The translations under genes and the position numbers were made by a program. Positions 20,596-30,943 of a stretch of DNA of 64,000 nt are shown here, piece by piece (position 1 is the stretch's first letter; each line of letters begins with the position of its first letter). The stretch is from positions 1,184,001-1,248,000 of the forward strand of contig OY762007.1 in NCBI GenBank assembly GCA_963665115.1, read 5' to 3'. The notes under the pieces were generated by a model that searched no databases, was not told where the DNA came from, and was given only the letters and a program-made list of their open reading frames with translations. The stretch comes from an uncultured Rivularia sp. (lineage in GTDB: Bacteria; Cyanobacteriota; Cyanobacteriia; Cyanobacteriales; Nostocaceae).

Positions 20596-22959
20596 TTAAA
20601 TTAGTTTTTTTAGTCTGTAGGTTGCAATGCTACCGCTACCAGCCATCAAAGCAAACACTGAAGGAATAAAGGGTATCCAACCACCTTGAATTAATATTGT
20701 ATAGCAAAGAAAATATAATACAATTTGGGTTAAGCCTAAAGTTAATGCTAATTGCAAGGATGATTTACTTTTCCAAGCTAGCATTCCGCCAACTATTGCC
20801 CAACAGTAAATCCAAAGTGCTTCTGTCCATTTTGACCATACCCATAATAATGGTCTATTATCAAGCACTGCGCTAAGAATTTGACTTACCATATGTGCGT
20901 GTATAACTACCCCCGAAGTTTTCTTTTGTGGAGATGTGGCAGCACTATAGGATGTTGACCAATAATTATTAAAGCTTTGGGCGGTTGTGCCAATAATCAC
21001 AATTTTATCTCGAACTAAATCGGGTTTAATTTTATTGTTAAGCACGTCTTGAAGGGTAACATGGGTTGCAACTTCCCTTGTAGAACGCCAATTTAACATT
21101 ATTTGATAGCCGAGACTATCGATATTACTGTAACTACCGCTATTATCTTCTAAATATGGCAGAACAAAATTATTACCTGATTTGGGGTTTTCTTCTGGAT
21201 TGAGTTTGAATTCTCTGTTTTCTTGAGCTAAGTAACGCTCTGCTAATTGAAAGCTAAAGGATTTGTCGGTATTGCAAGGTTGTGCCGGAGTCATCGCTAA
21301 TAAATGACGGCGTAGAATTCCGTCCGAATCTTCTACAACGTCAGTAAAACCCAAATTTTGTGGGGATTCTGGAGGTGATGGTACGCCGGGGTTTTCATCT
21401 CCTTCGCTGACTTGACAAACTCCAATAAATTTGGAACTTGTTTTCATCCATTTAGCTAAATTTGCATATTTGGGTTTAACGGGATTATCTCGATAAATAT
21501 TTAAACCGATGATGCGGGGGTTATATTTTTCTAATTTATCGATCAATTTTGCTAAAGCGCCATCGGAAATTGACGCAGCACCTCTTTCATCGGCATTCTG
21601 TGCCTGTACATCTGGCTCAGTAATTTTTACGATCAAAATGCGATTATCTTTGCCTTCATCGGGACGCGATCGCATCATACTGTCAAATGCTCTAAGCTCC
21701 CAATGCTCTAATAATCCGAAACTTCGCGCTCCCACAATTGCTGTTGCGATCGCCAAACCAGCGCTTAAAACTACAGGTATAATTTGACGCAGATTTACGT
21801 GATGATTATTAAGTGTTTGCGAGTATTGAATGGGATTAGACCAAACTAAAGGTGCTTCGGTAGGATTTTGACATATCACTGGCAACCAACTTGCACAGGG
21901 AAATTCTGCTTCTAAACCTTGCAATTTTTCCCCAGCTTCGCGTACTGCCCGATAAAATGATTTAGATTCGGAAAAACCTGATAGGAAAAACTGTAAAAAT
22001 CTTTGTGCGACTAAATCCGGTACGGGTTCGCGCATGACAATCATTTGCGGTATATGTAATGAAGTTAATTGCGTTGCTAATCCCAAACCATCGCAAGAAT
22101 TAAAGATTGCTAACCGTAACCCCCGCGATATTGCCGCTCTCAAACCGTTTTTTAATTGCTCGATTGTTAAACTATCATCTCTGTTAATATAAATTCGCCC
22201 ACTTTCTCCATTTCCTTGACTCGAACTATGTCCGGCAAAAAATAAGATATCCCATCCTCTTTCATCCCACAGCATCAAATCTAATTCTTGACGCTGAGCT
22301 TCTACTAAAAAAATTGTTTCCGCACCAGGTAAATTTTCTAATATTAATCTATCTTCTTGAATATCAATATTTTCGCTATGACCTAATATTGCTAATATTC
22401 TGATTTTATCTCTGAATGGTTTGTAGCTGCTTTCTAACCGTTCAAAATCCAATTTACTCAAACAGAAAACAGCATTTGGGTAATCATCAAAAAAGTCCCA
22501 TAAGTTCCAAGGTAATCGCCGTATCTCATCTAAATCTGTTTGAATAATTACCTGAATCTCTTCGCTAGGATTTAATTTTGTGCGTAATTTTTGTTCTAAA
22601 TTAACAAAAGTAGGGCAGTTGAGCCAAGTATTAAACTTATTTTTTAAATTTTCACATAAATTATGAAATTCAACCGATGAAATATTAGTTACATCTTCTG
22701 AATCAATTTCAATTTCATCATCCGATTCATATTGCTGTCGCCAAGTCAAATCAGGAATCAAAGAATCATAAAGCAAATTGTAAAGAATCTGCCAGCGTGT
22801 ATAAAGTTGGGTAAGCTCTGGTGCCGCAGGTAAACTTCCAGTAAACTGAATGGGGAAAAGATTTACGTCTCCATCGCGCTCGTAAATTTGAGCGATCGCA
22901 CTATCAAATCCCTCTTGTAAGCTACCTTTTCCCAGATTTAATACGACTAATTTACTCAT
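20596..22959 (-). CDS. CHAT protease - TM - CHASE2 sensor - 3TM protein
   Basis: ILFFAGHS (His) and LAIFNSCDG (Cys) dyad; CHASE2 motifs D.DGILRR, IVIIGTTA, SGVVIHAHMVSQI. Confidence 0.88.
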   Translation of the reverse strand: MSKLVVLNLGKGSLQEGFDSAIAQIYERDGDVNLFPIQFTGSLPAAPELTQLYTRWQILYNLLYDSLIPDLTWRQQYESDDEIEIDSEDVTNISSVEFHNLCENLKNKFNTWLNCPTFVNLEQKLRTKLNPSEEIQVIIQTDLDEIRRLPWNLWDFFDDYPNAVFCLSKLDFERLESSYKPFRDKIRILAILGHSENIDIQEDRLILENLPGAETIFLVEAQRQELDLMLWDERGWDILFFAGHSSSQGNGESGRIYINRDDSLTIEQLKNGLRAAISRGLRLAIFNSCDGLGLATQLTSLHIPQMIVMREPVPDLVAQRFLQFFLSGFSESKSFYRAVREAGEKLQGLEAEFPCASWLPVICQNPTEAPLVWSNPIQYSQTLNNHHVNLRQIIPVVLSAGLAIATAIVGARSFGLLEHWELRAFDSMMRSRPDEGKDNRILIVKITEPDVQAQNADERGAASISDGALAKLIDKLEKYNPRIIGLNIYRDNPVKPKYANLAKWMKTSSKFIGVCQVSEGDENPGVPSPPESPQNLGFTDVVEDSDGILRRHLLAMTPAQPCNTDKSFSFQLAERYLAQENREFKLNPEENPKSGNNFVLPYLEDNSGSYSNIDSLGYQIMLNWRSTREVATHVTLQDVLNNKIKPDLVRDKIVIIGTTAQSFNNYWSTSYSAATSPQKKTSGVVIHAHMVSQILSAVLDNRPLLWVWSKWTEALWIYCWAIVGGMLAWKSKSSLQLALTLGLTQIVLYFLCYTILIQGGWIPFIPSVFALMAGSGSIATYRLKKLI

Positions 22960-23136
22960 ATTTCCGAGCAGGTAAACCTTTCGAGTATAAAATTATATTT
23001 TATTTTGACATCTTTGGGGGCTACTTAAATATTAAACAATTCTGTTTTTATAGTACGACTCCTTGAGCAAATATAGAATCTGTACCAAAAAAATGCTACC
23101 CAAATTACTAGCTGAATCTACTTGTTACTCATGCTT

Positions 23137-24384
23137 CTAAGCAAGCCCCTCAATGACAAAATTCTCTTTGATTTTAATATCCTTGCAAGCTACTTGAATA
23201 CTAAAATATTTACCGAGGGGTAGTTTGAATCGTTTCAATTGAATGTAATTATCGTAACTTCTAGATTCGACAGATTGTAAAGCATTTCCAGATTCGGAAA
23301 GCAAAGTTAATTGCACGTTGTCTGGTAAATAACTTTCCCCGGAAGCTGGATAAAGCTGCACTCGGATACCGACTTTGTTATCAACTTGCGGTGATAAACC
23401 AATTAATAAAGCCACTGATTTACTCTCTAACTGCATCCCCAAATCAATAAGTTTGGCTCCTTTAACACAAACTTCATTTAAAACCGAATCGCTTCTGAAT
23501 TGAAAAGTTCTCGTATCAGTTAAGCCGAATAAATCATCAACAGAACGCCAACCTTCATGAAAAATATTTTCAAACCACGAACTCAAATTATGTACGACTT
23601 TTTGGCTGTTTTCCATAAAATTAACTTGTGAATTTTTTATCCTCTGGTTGTACAAAATAGTACGATATTTTTGCGCCGATAAGATTGCTCCCCATTCTGA
23701 AAATTTCATATATAAGCGAGGTGAATAAACAGTCGGCTTGCTTAATTTTTCTATAATTTGCTTTGCTTGAAACTCCGATAAACTTGGCAAAGTTTGCACT
23801 TGTGGTTGTTCGAGAGTACAAAGCTCCTGGGCAACCCACATAATATCAATATCCGCAATCAAATCGCGGTTGCTTACACAATAAGTTCTATCCATTGAAT
23901 CATATTGTGCTTTTTCACGAATTTGCTGATGGCTAATAAAACCCCAAATTCTTAACCAACCCTCCTCAACATTTAACTGTACCTTCATATAATAATTAGC
24001 AGCCCAATTAGGGATATCAACCCATTCTTGGGGAATGCGAAATTCAGTTGGATAGCTTTGTTCATTTGGAACTAAAACCAATCGAGAACGATCGAAGTTT
24101 AAATCAATTCCATTCACAAATTCACATTGCCGAAATGAATCTTCAGATAGCTCGGGTATCTGCAATTTTTCTAGTAAATCCGGTTCATTCTTTAACAATT
24201 TGACAAAAGTATTTAAACACAAGCGATTTACAAAAACCCTATTTACTTCGGCATCATTTCGATAGTTCTCTTTTACAGTTTGTTGCCATGCTATTTCTCG
24301 TTCTTTAGCTGAAAAATCTACCCATAAATATTCGTGGTAAATTTCTCTCAAATCATCAAATTGCAACATATGACTATTAATCAT
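23137..24384 (-). CDS. DUF1822 family protein
   Basis: VNGI, FRIPQEWVDIPNWAANYY, NLSSWFENIFHEGW, GAKLIDLG, YLPDNVQL motifs. Confidence 0.85.
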   Translation of the reverse strand: MINSHMLQFDDLREIYHEYLWVDFSAKEREIAWQQTVKENYRNDAEVNRVFVNRLCLNTFVKLLKNEPDLLEKLQIPELSEDSFRQCEFVNGIDLNFDRSRLVLVPNEQSYPTEFRIPQEWVDIPNWAANYYMKVQLNVEEGWLRIWGFISHQQIREKAQYDSMDRTYCVSNRDLIADIDIMWVAQELCTLEQPQVQTLPSLSEFQAKQIIEKLSKPTVYSPRLYMKFSEWGAILSAQKYRTILYNQRIKNSQVNFMENSQKVVHNLSSWFENIFHEGWRSVDDLFGLTDTRTFQFRSDSVLNEVCVKGAKLIDLGMQLESKSVALLIGLSPQVDNKVGIRVQLYPASGESYLPDNVQLTLLSESGNALQSVESRSYDNYIQLKRFKLPLGKYFSIQVACKDIKIKENFVIEGLA

Positions 24385-24393
24385 TTTAAAAAA

Positions 24394-25923
24394 TTATCCT
24401 TGTTTTAGCTGTATCCATCGATCTACCACATCAACTATTTTGGCATTTACCACAGATAGCGAATCTCTTTGTAAACACATAGTCCTTTCCACGTACTGTT
24501 TGAAACACTCTAAGAATCTAAGCTTTACCGCTGCTGATTCATTTAATTCTTTTAAATCATTATTATAATCTTTAACAATGAAGCTGTTTGGAGATTTAAT
24601 ACTAATAAATATACTTGTTTGTTCTTCATAACTAAACTGTTTAATAATTTCATCCAATATAGAAAAAATCAGTTGCTGGCAATAAAGCTGTAAGCATTTG
24701 TCCAAAGCAGATTTTATTCTTTCAATATCTTTTTCATTATTAAGATAGATATCTGGATTCGTTTTATTCCATTCCGAGGCAAACTCCTTTATAATAGTTC
24801 TACTATATTTTTTTAACTGACGGGCTACTTGATACTGCTTTTGTAAATCAGAATATTTATATTTAAGAAGATTGGCTATTTCAGTTTGAGTTAAATTTAA
24901 GCCCTGCCATAATTTGAAAATCATTTGACATAATTCTGGCATACTCGTAAATAATTTATCAAAAATCGTTTCTAGGTTTTGAAATTCTTCCTGCTGTATT
25001 AATACATCCCATCTAGAAGGTGCGGGATTTGATAAACCGTAATAATCTTCCTCAAAATATAAATATTCCTTGTTACGGTAATTTTTAGCTGCTTTTATAC
25101 AAGTTGAAAGCATTTCTAAAATTGCAATCTTTGTTGCAGGTGGAGAATTAATATTAAATTGATTGCATCGTTGATTATAATAACTAGCAATTTCCGTCAA
25201 TTCATCATGTGAAGGTTTTTGCGCCGAACCCGAACGGCTAGGTGTCATGTGAAAAAGTTCATTAAAACATTGCCAAGCTAAGCGATGTGAAACAACTTGT
25301 TGAGCCGGAATTTGCGCGACTAAAGCATCATTTAATTCTCCAGCACTTAAATCTTTCAATAAACCGTAACTTGAAAATCTTGTTCTTCTCGCTTCCAAAT
25401 CTTGTCGATAGATTTGGTTGCGAATAAATCTTTTAAAAGCAGTTATCGCGTATGCTTCTATATTTATTTGATTACGCTCAAAATTAAAATTATTAAAAAA
25501 CTTGCGTGGTGAATTTGCGGCGATATTTGCTATTTGAAAAAATTCTTCTAAAGAATATTTATGTTTGATATACTTAAATTCATGATGTATATCTTTTGCT
25601 GCTTTAAAACAGGCTTCTTGCAAATAAGCAGAAAAATGTTTTTTAGCCGTAGAGCAACAGCAATCTGGATTAAATTGACGTAAACTTTGATTATTCGACT
25701 GCTCTTGGATAAGTAAAGCTTTTAAAAAATATTGTGCCCAAAAACTTTCCTTAGCATCTGGATCTGCTTCTACTTTTGATCTCATATTTTTTTCAAGCGG
25801 TGCATCGTGCTTCCAACTCAATTGAATTTGAGAATTGTTGGCTGTAAAACAGATAAAGCTAGAAAACTTATCAACTAAATTCTTACGTTTTTTTACAAGC
25901 ATTGATTTTTCCAAAAACATCAA
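24394..25923 (-). CDS. Sigma-70-like / HTH transcriptional regulator
   Basis: Helical protein with region-4-like LNLTQTEIANLL...QYQVARQL; 9 bp upstream of DUF1822. Confidence 0.65.
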   Translation of the reverse strand: MMFLEKSMLVKKRKNLVDKFSSFICFTANNSQIQLSWKHDAPLEKNMRSKVEADPDAKESFWAQYFLKALLIQEQSNNQSLRQFNPDCCCSTAKKHFSAYLQEACFKAAKDIHHEFKYIKHKYSLEEFFQIANIAANSPRKFFNNFNFERNQINIEAYAITAFKRFIRNQIYRQDLEARRTRFSSYGLLKDLSAGELNDALVAQIPAQQVVSHRLAWQCFNELFHMTPSRSGSAQKPSHDELTEIASYYNQRCNQFNINSPPATKIAILEMLSTCIKAAKNYRNKEYLYFEEDYYGLSNPAPSRWDVLIQQEEFQNLETIFDKLFTSMPELCQMIFKLWQGLNLTQTEIANLLKYKYSDLQKQYQVARQLKKYSRTIIKEFASEWNKTNPDIYLNNEKDIERIKSALDKCLQLYCQQLIFSILDEIIKQFSYEEQTSIFISIKSPNSFIVKDYNNDLKELNESAAVKLRFLECFKQYVERTMCLQRDSLSVVNAKIVDVVDRWIQLKQG

Positions 25924-26247
25924 ACTTCACCATAGAGCCATTTAAATTTTTGCTTCTCCTATATTTATTGATATACAAAGCATCAAATTAACATTTAATT
26001 CATAGAAGTTAACAATTACTTACTGTACTTCGCACGCTCGCCAAGCGTTACATATATTTATGGGCACCCAGATAAATCGGTTATGCAGTTTTAAAGAATT
26101 TTTCTCAAAACAGATCGAATATCAAGCTAAAACTCCGTGCAACCATCGGTGTTTTTTTGAAATAACTGTAGTTAAGTAAAATTATTCGTCTCGATTTCTT
26201 TGATGCTGCCAAAGTTGCTAATTCTTTTAACCCGTCTGGTTTTGAAT

Positions 26248-26275
26248 AAAAAAACCGCTATCTGATGATAGCGGT
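26248..26275 (-). terminator. Rho-independent terminator
   Basis: ACCGCTATC/GATAGCGGT stem with a T-run on the minus strand. Confidence 0.65.
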
Positions 26276-26480
26276 AAAGGAGTTGTAAAAAAATTCAGTA
26301 ATTGTAAGTTGGGTTAGATACTTTTCTAATTTGAGGTTTTATTTCCGAATCCATATAGCGTTGTAACCTAACATCTTGCAGGTATATCCTAACGGTGGCG
26401 TTGGGTTACGACATCATGAGTAAAGATATTTGTAATAATCAAGATTGATTTTGGTGTCTAACTCAACCTACGAACTTTTT

Positions 26481-27308
26481 TTATTCTCCGTAATAGTCAA
26501 CCGAGCCGTAATCATACAGTACATCACCGAGAGTGCTATTCATGCTGCCTTCGATTGAAAGCTGAAGAGGTAATAATGCGTCACCCACAGCTGTATTTTG
26601 TGGAGTTTCTTTTTCAACAACTCCTAACCAACCAGTATCATCGTATTCAACATCAACTAATTCCCATCCTTGATTCGCGAATTTTTGTCGAAAATTTCCT
26701 ACAAGTTCATCAAAAGTATCTCCGCCGATTGCACCACTTGTAATACTAGAATCTTGTTGAAAAGTTCCAAACCAAATACCATCACCGTATTCAATATCAA
26801 TTAAGTCATATCCGTTATTCGACATATTTTGAATATCTTCTTTAAATTCACCATTACTACTAGCTGTTTCATAAGCATTAAGCCCAGGAACATCACTAAA
26901 AGTTCCAAACCAGATACCATCACCGTATTCAACATCAACTAATTCATATCCTTGATTCCATAACTGCGAAATATCTTGTGTAAGTTCGGTAAGACTATTT
27001 GCGATGCTATAGTTGTTAGCACCAGAATTTTCTTCAAAAGTTCCAAACCAGACACCATCATCGCCGTATTCAACGTCAGTTAAGCGATATCCTCCTACTT
27101 GCCACTGTTGTTGAACTATTTGTCCGAGTTCCGAAGCACTGCTTGCAGGGGCAAAACCAGTATTATTAGGTGTGTCTTGATACGATGCAATCCATTTACC
27201 GTCACCATATGTAGTACCGATTAAATCATATCCTTCACTCAAACTTACTAGTATTCCTTGTTGAAATTCCTCAAGATTTTCGCTGATAGAGTAAACATTA
27301 TTAGCCAT
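26481..27308 (-). CDS. Acidic protein of five ~49-aa repeats
   Basis: Five copies of GYxLxDVEYGDGxWFGTF. Confidence 0.8.
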   Translation of the reverse strand: MANNVYSISENLEEFQQGILVSLSEGYDLIGTTYGDGKWIASYQDTPNNTGFAPASSASELGQIVQQQWQVGGYRLTDVEYGDDGVWFGTFEENSGANNYSIANSLTELTQDISQLWNQGYELVDVEYGDGIWFGTFSDVPGLNAYETASSNGEFKEDIQNMSNNGYDLIDIEYGDGIWFGTFQQDSSITSGAIGGDTFDELVGNFRQKFANQGWELVDVEYDDTGWLGVVEKETPQNTAVGDALLPLQLSIEGSMNSTLGDVLYDYGSVDYYGE

Positions 27309-27583
27309 AATTTTGATCCTATATTTTGAAGTTTTAAAGATTAGCTCAAACCAAGCGACGAACTAGCACTCAGTCTTTTCGCTGTTGATAATATACACTT
27401 TAGATCGAGTTCAAATATTAAGCATTACACTTTTATGCATACTGGAGTGTAGTTTTGGGAAAAGAGCGATCGCACCATTGCACAAAACTATATTGCAATT
27501 GTTACCTTATGTAAGATTTGATTTATCTATCAGGCTATGTTAAGTATCATAAAATATATTTTGATCGGTATATAAGCGTAGCT

Positions 27584-30500
27584 ATGTGCATAAAAAGCAG
27601 GTTTTATAAGGGTTTGCGGTTAGGTTTAACAGGAATTACTAGCTGTGTAAGTGTACTTTTAATTACAAATCAAACCCTGGCACAGCAAAGTAATATTGTT
27701 CCCGACAACACTTTGGGTGTAGAAAATTCTCGTTTAAACCGCGATGTTTTGATTAATGGGATTAATGCAGACACTATTGATGGTGGAGCAACACGGAATA
27801 GCAATCTTTTTCACAGTTTCAACGAGTTTAATATTAACAATGGGCAAACAGTATATTTTCTTAACCCTGCTGGTATCGAGAATATCTTGACACGGGTAAC
27901 TGGTGGGAATGCATCGAATATTTTTGGCACTTTGGGAGTTGATGGTGCTGCGAATTTGTTTTTGATTAATCCCAACGGAATTGTATTTGGAGAAAATGCC
28001 AGTTTAGATTTACAAGGCTCGTTTGTGGGAACAACTGCTTCGGGATTGCAGTTTGGTGAACAAGGTAATTTTAGCGCTACAAATCCGGAAGTACCTGGTA
28101 GTTTAACCATTAATCCTTCGGCTTTATTTTTCAATCAAGTAGAAGCGAGTGGGGGAATTATTAATAATTCTCAAGCATTCGCAGAGATAAATCCCTATGG
28201 ATTTGAAACTACAGGATTAAGAGTTCCTAATGGTAAAAGTTTATTGTTAGTGGGTGGTGAGATTAATTTAGATGGTGGAAATTTAACAGCTGACGAAGGA
28301 AATATTGAATTAGCTTCTGTAGCTGCACCGGGAAAGGTAGGATTAAATATTTCAGGTGATACTTTTAGTTTAAATATTCCGAAAGATGTGGATTATGGAG
28401 ATATTTCTTTAGCGAATGAATCTTATTTAAGTGTTTTTGGTGCAGGTGGGGGAAATATTGAAATAAATGCTGGTAATTTAGAGATTTCCGATTCAATTAT
28501 ATTAGCTGGACTGAGCGAAGATTCAATAAATCCTAATGTGAAAACTGGAGAGATTAATATTAATGCAACTGGTTCAATTGAACTTAAAAATGATGCTTTG
28601 ATTAATAATGCTATTCAAGGTAAAGGAAATGCTGGTGATATAAATATTAATGCTGGTGAAAGTATTTCCTTAAATGGAAATGGTACTGTATTTTTAAATA
28701 GTGTAAACGATGATTTAATTACTGGCATCATTAGTTTTGTTGCAGACGAAGCTGTAGGTAATGCAAGTAATATTCAATTAACTACAGGTACTCTTTCTGT
28801 TAATAATGGGGCTTTTATTAGTACCCGTATTTTTGGTAAAGGAAACGCAGGTAATATTACTATTAATGCTCGCGACGCTGTTAGATTTGACAAATATGGT
28901 AATGCTGGTACTGATACTTTGCTTAATGCAGTTGGTAAAGGCGGAGATATTCGGGTTTTTACCGGAACTTTATCGTTGACTGAGGGAGGTCAATTAACTA
29001 CCAACGCATTTGGAAAAGGAAATGCAGGTAATATTTATATAGAAGCTCGCGATAGCGTTAATTTGGATGGTTTTTTATTAATTTCAAATATAACGGGAAT
29101 AGATACTAGTATATTTGATATAGGTGGTGTTCCTGTTTTGAGCGGTATTCAAAGTAATTTATTAATAGGTACGGGTAAAAGTGGAGATATTCAAATCAAC
29201 ACGGGTTCTCTTTTAGTAAACAATTTGGCGGGTATATTAGCTAGTACAAATGGAAATGGAAATGCTGGCAATATCACTATAAATGCTCGCGATACTGTTA
29301 CCTTTAGCGAATTAGGAAATGCTCAAAGTATATCTAGTATTAATGCGACTGGGAATGGTGCTGATATACGTATTACCGCAGGTGAATTGTTATTAAAAGA
29401 CGGTGGTTTTTTTCAAACAGCTAGTATTGAAAAAGGAAATGCAGGTAATATCTTTCTGGATGTCCGAGACACAATTACTGTGGATGGTTTTTCACGAAAT
29501 CGAATAGCACCAAGTGCAGTCAATGCTTATGCAAATAATGGTAATGCAGGAAATATTGATGTAAAAACTGGTTCGCTATTTTTAACTGACGGTGGTTTCA
29601 TGGCTGCTTTTCTAATCGGTAAAAATAACGATGAAAACATTGCAAACGCCGGTAATATCACAATTAATGCTCGCGATAAAGTTAAGATAGATGGTGAAGT
29701 AAGCAGTTTACAAAGTAGTTTAGTTAGTGGATTTGGGAAAGCAGGTAATATCCAAATTACAGCAGATTCGTTTTCTATTAGTAATAATGGTGAAATTAAT
29801 AGCACTACGAGTGGAGAGGGTAACGCTGGAAATATTACATTTAACGCGAATGTTTTTGAAGCTGTTAACGGTGGACGAATTACTACCACTACCTTGAGTA
29901 ACGGTGATGCTGGTACTATCAACCTCAATATTAAAGATAAAATTACTTTGTCTGGAAGCGAATTGCCGACGGGTTTATTTGCCAGTACTGCTCCTAACTC
30001 TGGCGGAAAAGGCGGTTCCATTAATATCGATCCGCGCTTAGTAATTATAGAAAACGGAGCAGCGGTATCGGTTGGTAGCGATGGAAGCGGAGATGCAGGG
30101 AATATCACATTACAAGCAGGAACTCTGCAATTAAATAACGGTTTTATCACTGCTCAAACAGCAAGCACCCAAGGTGGTGATATCAACTTACAAATAAGCG
30201 ACTTATTATTACTCCGCAACGAAAGCCAAATCACCACTACAGCAGGAACAGCACAAGCTGGGGGAGATGGTGGAAACATCGATATCAATTCTAAATTTAT
30301 CGTCGCACCACAAAACGAAAACAGCGATATCACCGCAAATGCTTTCACTGGTAATGGTGGTAAAGTTAATATCAATAGTAGCGGTATTTTTGGTATTGAA
30401 AGACAGCAAGATGTAACCGGAAAAAGCGATATTACTGCAAGTTCTCGACTTGGTATTTCTGGTGAAACAAATATCAACGCAGACGATACAAGTTCAATTC

Positions 30501-30793
30501 AAAATAGCTTTACCGAACTTCCTCCAAACATCGACACCGACGCAATAATTGCTAATAGCTGTATAGCAAGAAGTAGTCAAAAACAAGAAAACTCTTTTAC
30601 GAATACGGGTACTGGTGGTTTAGCTAGCAATCGTCCCCCCGGTAACGTTTTGGTTTCTAATTACGCAACTGGTGAAGTTAGGAATATTGACGCTAAAAAT
30701 CAAGATTGGAAAAAAGGGGATGCGATTGTTGAACCCCAAGGGTTGTATCGGATGGAAAATGGGGAATTATTATTAAGTCGGGAGTGTAATTAA
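27584..30793 (+). CDS. Filamentous haemagglutinin-family TpsA exoprotein
   Basis: Signal peptide ending TLAQQ, NLFHSFNEF, NLFLINPNGI, many GNAGNITINA repeats, IVEPQGLYR C-terminus. ATG at 27584 is in frame with the track ORF. Confidence 0.9.
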   Translation: MCIKSRFYKGLRLGLTGITSCVSVLLITNQTLAQQSNIVPDNTLGVENSRLNRDVLINGINADTIDGGATRNSNLFHSFNEFNINNGQTVYFLNPAGIENILTRVTGGNASNIFGTLGVDGAANLFLINPNGIVFGENASLDLQGSFVGTTASGLQFGEQGNFSATNPEVPGSLTINPSALFFNQVEASGGIINNSQAFAEINPYGFETTGLRVPNGKSLLLVGGEINLDGGNLTADEGNIELASVAAPGKVGLNISGDTFSLNIPKDVDYGDISLANESYLSVFGAGGGNIEINAGNLEISDSIILAGLSEDSINPNVKTGEININATGSIELKNDALINNAIQGKGNAGDININAGESISLNGNGTVFLNSVNDDLITGIISFVADEAVGNASNIQLTTGTLSVNNGAFISTRIFGKGNAGNITINARDAVRFDKYGNAGTDTLLNAVGKGGDIRVFTGTLSLTEGGQLTTNAFGKGNAGNIYIEARDSVNLDGFLLISNITGIDTSIFDIGGVPVLSGIQSNLLIGTGKSGDIQINTGSLLVNNLAGILASTNGNGNAGNITINARDTVTFSELGNAQSISSINATGNGADIRITAGELLLKDGGFFQTASIEKGNAGNIFLDVRDTITVDGFSRNRIAPSAVNAYANNGNAGNIDVKTGSLFLTDGGFMAAFLIGKNNDENIANAGNITINARDKVKIDGEVSSLQSSLVSGFGKAGNIQITADSFSISNNGEINSTTSGEGNAGNITFNANVFEAVNGGRITTTTLSNGDAGTINLNIKDKITLSGSELPTGLFASTAPNSGGKGGSINIDPRLVIIENGAAVSVGSDGSGDAGNITLQAGTLQLNNGFITAQTASTQGGDINLQISDLLLLRNESQITTTAGTAQAGGDGGNIDINSKFIVAPQNENSDITANAFTGNGGKVNINSSGIFGIERQQDVTGKSDITASSRLGISGETNINADDTSSIQNSFTELPPNIDTDAIIANSCIARSSQKQENSFTNTGTGGLASNRPPGNVLVSNYATGEVRNIDAKNQDWKKGDAIVEPQGLYRMENGELLLSRECN

Positions 30794-30943
30794 AGGTTCG
30801 TTCGTAGTTGCGCTTTAGCGCCAAATGTGTACAACGAAGACAGCGCAACTACGAACATATTTTTATTAATAGATAATGCGTTACGGCATAATTTAATTAA
30901 TAACTTTGCATTAAATTTATTCAACCCGTAACACACCCTATAA

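Noticed and set aside
27811..30477. Long antisense ORFs (up to 207 aa) in the FHA gene, and similar ones in the CPA2 and psb genes
   Set aside because: Shadow frames of real genes with biased codon usage; no motifs of their own.
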